Assembly: GCA_049510745.1 (NCBI GenBank)
Contig: JBEKYR010000008.1
Span: 128,001 to 192,000, forward strand
Source of the DNA: Verrucomicrobiota bacterium
GTDB taxonomy: Bacteria; Verrucomicrobiota; Verrucomicrobiia; Limisphaerales; Palsa-1400
DNA: 64,000 nt
Reading direction: 5' to 3'
Made by a program: the position numbers and the translations under genes. Every line of letters begins with the position of its first letter. Position 1 is the first letter of the stretch. Under the pieces are notes generated by a model. It saw only the letters and a list, made by a program, of their open reading frames with translations, searched no databases and was not told where the DNA came from. Positions 1 to 9,028 of the stretch are shown in pieces.

Positions 1-879
1 GCCGGAGGCGGCTTCCTCGGCGGAAAGCCGGGGGCTAAATTCGAAGACTTTGATCTGCTCCGGCTTGACCAGGGGTTTGAGGGCCGCGAAATCCACCGTG
101 CCGCTGCCCGGGGCGCAATGGTCGCGGCCGGGGAATTGAACGTCATGCACGTGAAATCCGAGCAGGCGCGGCGCCAGGGACTGCAAATGCTGAAAATGAT
201 TGAGGAAGCCCATGTTCTCCTTGATTTGGGCGTGGCCGCAGTCGTGCCAGTAACCGACCTCCGGCCGGTTGAACTGCAGGAAGAGAAACTCGAGGTCCGA
301 GTCCAGCGGGATTTCCTCGAGGGCCTGGCGGTTCTCGACGCCGAGTTTGACCCCGAGTTGGCCGGCGGCGCCGGCCAGGCGTTCGAGGAACTCGCACGAC
401 AGCTCCATGTTCTTTTCCTTTTTTTTCTCGCGTTTCTCCAGCACTTCTTCGCACAAGGCGGCGTATTTCGGGCTGTCCTTTTGGCCGCGTTGGATCATTT
501 CCAGAAGGCGGTCGGTGTATTCTTTCATGTCGATGCGGCCCAGGTGGAGCACCACGACGGGCGCCCGGAGACGCGCGGCGGTTTCAAGGGTCTTGAGGCT
601 GTGGCGCCAGGCGTTCTCCCGCTCGCGCCGGTCCTCGGAGGAAAACAAATAGAGATTGGGGGCGGCGTGGTTGACGCCCATGGGCAGGGGGCAGAAATTG
701 TGCAGGGAGGAAATCTTAATTTCGCCCGCCTCGACCGCCTCAATGATGCCCGGCAGCAAACTGATGCGGATGCCGTGGCTCAGTTCCGCGCAGGCAAGGC
801 CCAGCGAGCGGATTTCGCGCAACATGGCGCGTCCGTCCGTATGCCGGTGGGAATTCCAGCAGGTCGAGAGCGAATACAT
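1..879 (-). CDS. Sugar phosphate isomerase/epimerase (xylose isomerase-like TIM barrel), 3'-truncated by window edge
   Basis: Not in the ORF track (runs off the edge). Manual translation from ATG at 879: MYSLSTCWNSHRHTDGRAMLREIRSLGLACAELSHG...SLHNFCPLP; later ENR, WHD and GFHVHDV metal-ligand motifs. Confidence 0.75.
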   Translation of the reverse strand, partial: MYSLSTCWNSHRHTDGRAMLREIRSLGLACAELSHGIRISLLPGIIEAVEAGEIKISSLHNFCPLPMGVNHAAPNLYLFSSEDRRERENAWRHSLKTLETAARLRAPVVVLHLGRIDMKEYTDRLLEMIQRGQKDSPKYAALCEEVLEKREKKKEKNMELSCEFLERLAGAAGQLGVKLGVENRQALEEIPLDSDLEFLFLQFNRPEVGYWHDCGHAQIKENMGFLNHFQHLQSLAPRLLGFHVHDVQFPGRDHCAPGSGTVDFAALKPLVKPEQIKVFEFSPRLSAEEAASG

Positions 880-943
880 TTAAAAAGAGGCCGAGGGCGG
901 TCCGAATATCGGCCACACTCGGCGGTGAGAATCCAAAACAGGT

Positions 944-1141
944 CTAAAGGTCCGCGTAACGGGCGCTTAACATGGCGGAAAAGCGGGCCGCTTTCATTTT
1001 GCGGCGCTTCCGTTCGCTGGGCTTTTCGAAATGCCGGTGGTTGCGCACTTCCTTCAACGTGCCCTCGCGGTCGATCTTTTTCTTCAATCGCCGCAACGCT
1101 TTATCGACAGGTTCGCCTTTTTTCAGTCTAATTTCGGTCAA
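944..1141 (-). CDS. rpsU: 30S ribosomal protein S21
   Basis: GEPVDKALRRLKKKIDREG...RHFEKPSERKRRK signature; TTG start. Confidence 0.95.
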   Translation of the reverse strand: MTEIRLKKGEPVDKALRRLKKKIDREGTLKEVRNHRHFEKPSERKRRKMKAARFSAMLSARYADL

Positions 1142-1249
1142 AAATTCTCACTTCCTCTCTGATTTAGCGGATGGCCCCCATGGCCGCCGCTCTCAAATGA
1201 ACTCTAAGAGTGCAACCACCCCGCCTTGCTGTCAACGGGCAAAAAAAGA

Positions 1250-1400
1250 CCCAAATCCTCGGCTAACGCGGCCTTACCGCCGAGCGATGACCTATACAAT
1301 TTGGAGAGGAGAGCGAAGAAGCGGTCGGCGAGGGCGCCGACCGCTGCACGCGGGGGCGCGTGCGCTCCCGGATGTGCTGCAACGGTTCTTAGGATTTGGG
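1250..1400. mobile_element. ~150-bp REP-containing MITE-like repeat, copy 1
   Basis: 10-bp terminal inverted repeat CCCAAATCCT/AGGATTTGGG; internal hairpins AGCGGTCGGCG-aggg-CGCCGACCGCT and GCACGCG-gggg-CGCGTGC; near-identical copy at 12729-12879. Confidence 0.8.
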
Positions 1401-1424
1401 AAAGATGAAGGAACAAGCCCGAAA

Positions 1425-3527
<2,103 letters not shown>

Positions 3528-3537
3528 AATCTTCAGG

Positions 3538-4026
3538 TCATGGCCGCTTCTCGCGCGCAATGATCTCGCGCATCGCGGCGGTGTCCGCTTTGTCCTTGTC
3601 GCGCCAGGAGTTTTGTTTGAGATAAATCAAGTCCTCCGGCGCGAGATACGGGATGATCGCTCCGCCCGCCTGGAAGCGTCGCAAGCGGGGCCTGAAATCA
3701 TCCAGCCTTTTTTCGAGCAGGCGCGTGAAAATGTCCAAATCGAACTCCTCCACGACCCGGACGCAGCCTTCCTGCGCCAGGAAGTCTTCGGGCTTGAGTT
3801 CGCGCGCCCAGCCTTCGCCCCACCCGGCCAGGCAGTCGAGCAACTTCTGGAGGTTATCTGGTCCGTCCTGAACGAGGATGTCAGCGTCAATCGTCAAACG
3901 CGGATAGCCGTTGAGAACCACCGCCAATCCGCCGACGACGGCGAAATCAACCCCGCTTTGGGCGATTGCGACCAACAGTTTTTCGAACCGGGAAATAGTC
4001 TCCTTCGAGTTTGATAGGGGTTCCAT
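3538..4026 (-). CDS. Minimal nucleotidyltransferase (AbiEii/MNT-like), putative toxin
   Basis: FAVVGGLAV...G.PRLTIDADILV motif and LIYLKQNSWRDKDKAD C-terminus; ATG at 4026. Confidence 0.75.
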   Translation of the reverse strand: MEPLSNSKETISRFEKLLVAIAQSGVDFAVVGGLAVVLNGYPRLTIDADILVQDGPDNLQKLLDCLAGWGEGWARELKPEDFLAQEGCVRVVEEFDLDIFTRLLEKRLDDFRPRLRRFQAGGAIIPYLAPEDLIYLKQNSWRDKDKADTAAMREIIAREKRP

Positions 4027-4147
4027 GCGCGTGCTTTTTAATGAATTTCGCCAAGTCCTCCACCACGGCCAATTGCTGGGAAACCGACAACGGCCGCCCC
4101 ACAATTTTTCTGATGGGCTGCTGCATCGGCTCAAACTTGTTGTTCAC
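3947..4147 (-). CDS. Small partner protein upstream of nucleotidyltransferase
   Basis: GTG start 6 nt after TTGACG-N18-TATGGT; N-terminus (NNKFEPMQQPIRKIVGR) resembles 27352-27585 (KQPFVNLEEKIDRFVGR); overlaps the NTase start. Confidence 0.5.
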   Translation of the reverse strand: MNNKFEPMQQPIRKIVGRPLSVSQQLAVVEDLAKFIKKHAHGTPIKLEGDYFPVRKTVGRNRPKRG

Positions 4148-4289
4148 GGTTCCACCATAACCGGGGTACGGCCAGCCCGTCAACCAGACAGGCGGCAAAC
4201 CATAAACGAATCAGTGAATCGGAGAATCAGTGAATCAATGAATGGGGAAAGGCGTCCGCAAGGATGAAGGATGAAGACCCATTTCCTTT

Positions 4290-4900
4290 GACACTTGTGA
4301 GGTTTTTCGTCACTGGTCGCTGTCGCCGGATCCGGGTATTTTTTGAATTTGCATTTTTTGGCCGGATTCACTCGGATTTACCCGGATTTGGCCGGATTTT
4401 TCCGGATTTGTCCGGGTTCTTGGGTTTGTTTTCCGGGTTGAATCCGGCATTTTTTGACACTTTTAGGGGTGGTTGCCGGTGTTGACGGTGCATCGGGTCT
4501 GCGGTTGAACCGGTCCGGGATTGAGTTTTTGCGTCAAGGCTGTCCCCCGCAAATGATGGCGAATGGTGCATACGAGGGCGAACGTCCGAGGTTTGACTGG
4601 TGAGCCAATGGGACCAATCGGACCAAGGCGACGAATGGCTGATGCGACGGGAGAGGTCTCCGAGCCACGGGCCGGTGTTGACCGGGCCGCACTGAGCACT
4701 TTGCCTGTTGCATGTATCATTCATGCTGGCTCGATTTAAGCACAGGTCTATCAAGATGAAAAACCTACGGAAGGAAAATTTTTACAAAAAAAAGAGGATT
4801 TTCGCGCAGGCCCACGGACAAGCTGGCGGACAAGAGGATAGATAAGGAATTGAAAGGGGCGGAATCCCGCAAAACCGATAAAATGCGAAACTTGGTAATG
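4290..4900 (-). repeat. ~600-bp dispersed element of unknown class, copy 1 (contains 10-bp CAAATCCGG-type tandem repeats)
   Basis: Colinear blocks shared with 25855-26470, e.g. TCTATC.TCTTGTCCGCCA, TTTTCCTTCC.TAGGTTTTTC.TCTTGATA.ACCT.TGCTTAAATC.AGCCAG.ATGA, TTGACG.AAAAACTCAA, CAAAAAATG.AAATTCAAAAAATACCCGG. Confidence 0.8.
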
Positions 4901-5061
4901 CCTCAGTGAGGGCGGGAAATGCGAAATTGAGCATACCCGCATTGAAAGCCGCAATGCGGGTATGCTAGAGTCGATTCTCTCCATTTGTCAAGGAAAATGT
5001 GCAGACGGCGAAATGAGAATTTTTTAAGCTCCACTTTTTTCCGCCGTCACTGAGGCATTAC
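4895..5061. mobile_element. 167-bp MITE-like element with 25-bp TIRs
   Basis: GTAATGCCTCAGTGAGGGCGGGAAA (4895-4919) matches the reverse complement of 5037-5061 at 23/25; internal perfect 15-bp palindrome at 4930-4966. Confidence 0.7.
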
Positions 5062-5077
5062 TAGAAGAATCGGAGAG

Positions 5078-6796
5078 TCAGTGAATTGGAACGCCGGCGG
5101 CGGCATGGTCTGCCTGGACGTTCGCGGAAAGTGAAGACCCTTCGGCATCGTAGCCAAAGGCGCGGCAGTAGGCGGCCAGTTTTTCCCGCCACGGCTCCAA
5201 CGCCGCCGCGTAATGTTTCCAGCGCCCGACCGCGCGGTTATGCACCGGCTTGGCCACGTCGCTGTAAGTGGGGGAGAAGACCAGTTTGCGGCCGGCCGCT
5301 TCGTGGGAAGCGGCCTGGCCGGGGCGCCAGTCCAGGCCGAGAAAGCCGGTGACCCGGCGCCCTTCCTTTTCCACGTCCGCGACGATGTCCTCGTAGCGCG
5401 TCTCGATCCAGTCAAAGCCCCCCAGTTCGCGCAGCCGCAGCCAGACATCCATCAGGTCTCCGTAATGTTTGACAGCGCGCTCGAGGCTGAGAAAGTTCGC
5501 GTTCATGGGCGTCAACGCCAGGTTTTGGAAGAAACAACTCAGGACCACGTCGCGCGGGTCGCGCAGTGCGATGATGACCTTCGACTCCGGAAAGAGCCGC
5601 AGCCACAGGTGCAGCGAAGCGGTGGGCGATGGGTTCTTGTCAAGCAGAACGTCCGCGGACACCTCCCCCTCCGCCTCGCGCAAGAGGCTTTTGAAATAAC
5701 GCCCCCTCAGCTCCGCCCGGCGGCTGGAAGAAAGGGAATCCAGCGCGCCCGCCTTCAAGGGCGGCGCGGGCGGCGGCGGCGCCAGTTTGTCGCCGATCTC
5801 GGTGACGAACGCCTCCGATTCATCGAAGGCGCGGACGGACGGATGCGCGCCCAAGATTTGTTCCAGCAGCGTCGTGCCGCTGCGCGGATGGCCGCCCAGC
5901 AGCGCGAGCCTTGGGCGCGGCGGCGGGTTTGGGGCCTCCTGGCGCCAGCGGCGCAGCATAGCGGGGGTCAATTGCGCCAGCAACGCGCGGCGCTGGCGGT
6001 CGGCCTTGTCATAGGCCTGTTCGAGGGCCGCGACGTTCTGAAGCCCGCGCGCGGCGGCCTTGGCCTGGAGCAGCCAATCCATCGCCTCGGCGTATTGTCC
6101 GAGTTCATCGAGCACGACGCCCAGAAGGTGGAGGCAGGAGACACGGACATCGGGGTCGCGCACGCCGCTTTTGAGCAAATCGCGCAAGACGGTTTCGGCG
6201 TCGGCGTTGCGGCCCTGGCGATGGAGGAGGAAGGCGCGGTAATAAAGGGCGGCGCTTTCCCGCGGATTGCGGGCCAGGCACGCTTCGGTCTGTTCCCAGG
6301 CCTCATCGAGGCGGCGCTCCCGTTCCAGCCACGCCGCCCAACTGAGCCGGGCGTGGGTCGAGGACGGGTCCGCCTCGACGGCGCGCTGGAAACAGGCGCG
6401 GGCGCGATCCAGGCGACGGAGGCGATGAAATTGCTGGCCGAGCATGACGAGCAGTGAAGGGTCCTTGGCGGCCAGTTGTTCGACGCGCTCAAAGGCCTGC
6501 GCGGCGAGGGCAAAGGCCAGATCGGCCGCAGCGGCCGCTCCCAGCTCGAACCAAAGGTTGACGACGCCGGGGAATCGCTTCACCAACTCCTGATAAGCGG
6601 GAAGGGCCAGGGCCGGACGGCCCGCGCGCAACTGTTCGCGTGCCCTCTGCCAGCGCGCCACGTCTTGCGGCGAGCGTTCGAGCTTGGCGAGGTCAGTCTG
6701 TAAGGCAAGGCCCACGCTGCTGAAATGGCGTTTCCGGAGACAATGCCGGGAAAGCCATCCGTAGCGCAGTCTAATCCGAGGCGGACCCCTGGTCAA
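5078..6796 (-). CDS. TPR-repeat sulfotransferase (true start probably downstream of 6796)
   Basis: N-terminal TPR-like helices; PAPS motif GHPRSGTTLLEQIL, LDKNP, RDPRDVVLS, YEDIV. Confidence 0.85.
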   Translation of the reverse strand: MTRGPPRIRLRYGWLSRHCLRKRHFSSVGLALQTDLAKLERSPQDVARWQRAREQLRAGRPALALPAYQELVKRFPGVVNLWFELGAAAAADLAFALAAQAFERVEQLAAKDPSLLVMLGQQFHRLRRLDRARACFQRAVEADPSSTHARLSWAAWLERERRLDEAWEQTEACLARNPRESAALYYRAFLLHRQGRNADAETVLRDLLKSGVRDPDVRVSCLHLLGVVLDELGQYAEAMDWLLQAKAAARGLQNVAALEQAYDKADRQRRALLAQLTPAMLRRWRQEAPNPPPRPRLALLGGHPRSGTTLLEQILGAHPSVRAFDESEAFVTEIGDKLAPPPPAPPLKAGALDSLSSSRRAELRGRYFKSLLREAEGEVSADVLLDKNPSPTASLHLWLRLFPESKVIIALRDPRDVVLSCFFQNLALTPMNANFLSLERAVKHYGDLMDVWLRLRELGGFDWIETRYEDIVADVEKEGRRVTGFLGLDWRPGQAASHEAAGRKLVFSPTYSDVAKPVHNRAVGRWKHYAAALEPWREKLAAYCRAFGYDAEGSSLSANVQADHAAAGVPIH

Positions 6797-6831
6797 GGCG
6801 GTGGAATTGGGAGTAGTGTCTTAATTTGAAA

Positions 6832-7089
6832 TCATATTTCAGGAGACAACATCGTCGCGAATAGTAAGAGGATGAATATTATCAGACAAATGAGGACAAA
6901 CCGCGCTCGTGGGGTTGCGGTTGAACGAGAAGGGATGAGCAAAAGCAATGGAACAGACGCGAATACTGCGACGGCTATCGCTTGTATGTCCTGAATGCCG
7001 TGTTTGGCATTTGTTGCGAACACGCAGAAAGCCAGTACGAAGCCACACCCACAGCACGAGGACGCCCCCACAATTAAAGCCTTCCTCAT
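6832..7089 (-). CDS. Small hypothetical membrane protein
   Basis: 85 aa with three hydrophobic stretches; ATGA overlap with the upstream gene; AT-richer than the flanks. Confidence 0.5.
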   Translation of the reverse strand: MRKALIVGASSCCGCGFVLAFCVFATNAKHGIQDIQAIAVAVFASVPLLLLIPSRSTATPRARFVLICLIIFILLLFATMLSPEI

Positions 7090-7391
7090 CGTTTTCCTTT
7101 CTTCGCATCCGCCACAATCGACGCCCTGACAGCATCCAAAGCGGATTTTATGGGCGAAAATTCAAGAACGGCAAAAAACCGCTCGCCGTTCGGTGGCTTT
7201 TCGGACCAGCCGTAAGCCCGTTTGGCTTTGGGGTGGCCCGTCAGATCGAAGACTTCAACATCCCCCTTCCAGACTGTCTGGCCGCGAAAAACCTCATGCA
7301 CGGACACGGTTTCGCGGTGAACCGCACCGCAGTTGTGCAGATGCTCTAGGGCCGGCTTTACCCGGCCAATATATTCCGCTTCACTCGCCAC
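7086..7391 (-). CDS. Hypothetical protein (VEVFDL.GHPKA...Y.WS type), probable IS passenger gene
   Basis: GTG start at 7391 overlapping the transposase remnant stop; coherent sequence VHEVFRGQTVWKGDVEVFDLTGHPKAKRAYGWS. Confidence 0.6.
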   Translation of the reverse strand: MASEAEYIGRVKPALEHLHNCGAVHRETVSVHEVFRGQTVWKGDVEVFDLTGHPKAKRAYGWSEKPPNGERFFAVLEFSPIKSALDAVRASIVADAKKGKR

Positions 7392-7527
7392 AGCGTTCAA
7401 CCAATTCCGCAACGCTCCACTGGCTGGGTTCGACGCCCGCTTCCATCGCCGGGGTGCATCGAATCGCGCCGTGAATCTTGCAGAAGTTCTAATACGCGAA
7501 GTGGAGCGCCATTGCAGCTTTAAAATT
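7381..7527 (-). pseudogene. IS1-family transposase C-terminal remnant
   Basis: Translates NFKAAMALHFAY*NFCKIHGAIRCTPAMEAGVEPSQWSVAEL (YNF.R.H...TPAM.AG....W motif); in-frame TAG at 7489-7491; upstream part missing. Confidence 0.75.
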
Positions 7528-7544
7528 GGCTGTTGGCATAATTT

Positions 7545-7602
7545 GGAACTCAAAAAATCAGGAAAACGGGAAAAACATTCTTATCCTGATTTCCTGAGTT
7601 CC
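7545..7602. repeat. Paired inverted 9-mer micro-repeats
   Basis: GGAACTCAAAAAATCAGGAA ... TCCTGATTTCCTGAGTTCC. Confidence 0.6.
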
Positions 7603-7656
7603 TAATCATTCAAACCGCGCCATTACAAAAATTGTGGTGCGCGGCGCAATTTAGGG

Positions 7657-7685
7657 TTGCATCTTGGCGGTTTATGGCCTATTCT
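7657..7685 (+). promoter_or_regulatory. sigma70-type promoter of the rhodanese gene
   Basis: TTGCAT-N17-TATTCT. Confidence 0.55.
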
Positions 7686-7715
7686 GGCAGCGTAGAAAGT
7701 TAAAATTACCTGAAT

Positions 7716-8102
7716 ATGAAAAAATTGTTTGCATCTGTTATCGCGCTCGGCTTTGCGGCCAGCGTTTATGCGGCGGAGTTTCCGACCATCACCATTGACG
7801 GCCTCAAAACCGCCATGTCGTCACAAAAAATTGTCCTGCTGGACGCCAACGGCACCGAGTCCTGGCAGTCGGGGCATATTCCCGGCGCGATTGATTTCAG
7901 CGCGCAGAAGGACAAATTGGCGAGCGTCTTGCCGCAGGACAAAGAGGCGCTGGTCGTGGCCTACTGCGGCAGCCCGCAGTGCCCGGCTTATCGCGCCGCC
8001 GCCGAGGCCGCCAAGAAGCTCGGCTACAAGAACATCAAGCACCTGACCGCCGGCATCTCCGGGTGGAAACAAGCGGGCGAGAAGATGGAAAAGGGGAGCT
8101 GA
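7716..8102 (+). CDS. Secreted rhodanese-like domain protein
   Basis: Signal peptide; LLDAN, GHIPGAI, VAYCGSPQC, GGISGW-like motifs. Confidence 0.85.
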   Translation: MKKLFASVIALGFAASVYAAEFPTITIDGLKTAMSSQKIVLLDANGTESWQSGHIPGAIDFSAQKDKLASVLPQDKEALVVAYCGSPQCPAYRAAAEAAKKLGYKNIKHLTAGISGWKQAGEKMEKGS

Positions 8103-8120
8103 CGGAACTTTTTGATCGCG

Positions 8121-8152
8121 AGCCGGCGGCCATAAACCGCCGGCTTTTTTTT
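8121..8152 (+). terminator. Rho-independent terminator
   Basis: AGCCGGCGG-ccataaa-CCGCCGGCT followed by a T run. Confidence 0.8.
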
Positions 8153-8241
8153 GACGGGTGACGAATCCAACGTCTCGACCCGGACCAAATGCAGCAAGGA
8201 CACTTCCGGCGCAAACTTTGGGAATGTTGTTTCCGGTGCGA

Positions 8242-8655
8242 TTATGGCGCGGGTTCTGTGAGCCAGTTAATTTTGATTTCCTTCTCCAACGGCTTGAACT
8301 CGGTGTCGGCGGTGATAAGCTCGGCCTTTTTGCTTTTGGCCAGCGCGGCGGCGAAGGCGTCAGCCAGGCCGAGGCCGTGCGCGGTTTTCAATTGCGCGGC
8401 GGATTCGGCCAGATCGCAGTCGAGTGGAGCGACTTCCAGTGGCATCGTCCGTCCGAAATGGCGGGCGGCATCCCATCCGGCAGGGCCTTGGCGGCGCTGC
8501 ATCAGATAAAGCACCTCCGCCCAGTTCACCGCCGCGATGAGAAGGGGTCTGTCGGCGTCCGCCGCCTGCTGGAGCAAATGTTCGACCTTCTCGGCGCCTG
8601 GTTCATCAAAAAACAGGGCGAGCAGGGCCGACGCATCCAGGACGGTGGTTTTCAC
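8242..8655 (-). CDS. vapC: VapC-family PIN-domain toxin
   Basis: VLDASALLA, NWAEV, LGLADAFAAALA, LITADTEF. Confidence 0.9.
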   Translation of the reverse strand: MKTTVLDASALLALFFDEPGAEKVEHLLQQAADADRPLLIAAVNWAEVLYLMQRRQGPAGWDAARHFGRTMPLEVAPLDCDLAESAAQLKTAHGLGLADAFAAALAKSKKAELITADTEFKPLEKEIKINWLTEPAP

Positions 8656-8916
8656 TCAGCGGTTCTCCTTTTCGCGGTCGGCGCGGCGTTCCTCGAGATG
8701 TTCGCGCACGGCGGACTTCCCGCCAGGCTTGAGCTTAAACATGCCGCGGAAGCCGCGGATATATTCGCGCGTGACCGGCTGGAAAATGATGCGGTCGCCT
8801 TGCTCGATGAAGTTGACGCGCGTGCCGGGTTTAATGCGGAGCCGGCGGCGAATGCGCGACGGAACAACCAACTGGCCTTTCGATGTCACGTAGGCGGTGT
8901 CCATTGTTTCTGTCAT
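8656..8916 (-). CDS. AbrB/MazE/SpoVT-family antitoxin
   Basis: VTSKGQLVVPSRIRRRLRIKPG motif; abuts vapC. Confidence 0.9.
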   Translation of the reverse strand: MTETMDTAYVTSKGQLVVPSRIRRRLRIKPGTRVNFIEQGDRIIFQPVTREYIRGFRGMFKLKPGGKSAVREHLEERRADREKENR

Positions 8917-8918
8917 TC

Positions 8919-8954
8919 TCAGAATAGGCTAACACGTTCTGAATTGTAAGGCAA
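8919..8954 (-). promoter_or_regulatory. TA promoter with overlapping operator palindrome
   Basis: TTGCCT-N17-TAGCCT, 9 nt before the ATG; inverted repeat TCAGAA-N12-TTCTGA (8919-8942). Confidence 0.6.
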
Positions 8955-9028
8955 TAGAAAACTGTAAGACATAATTACAGCGCCTTTCCACGGTTGGATT
9001 GGAATTGAAAGGGCACGGACGAATGCGG

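Noticed and set aside
7489..7491. In-frame TAG as pyrrolysine or stop-codon recoding
   Set aside because: It lies in a truncated transposase; TAG acts as a normal stop in rpsU and mce.
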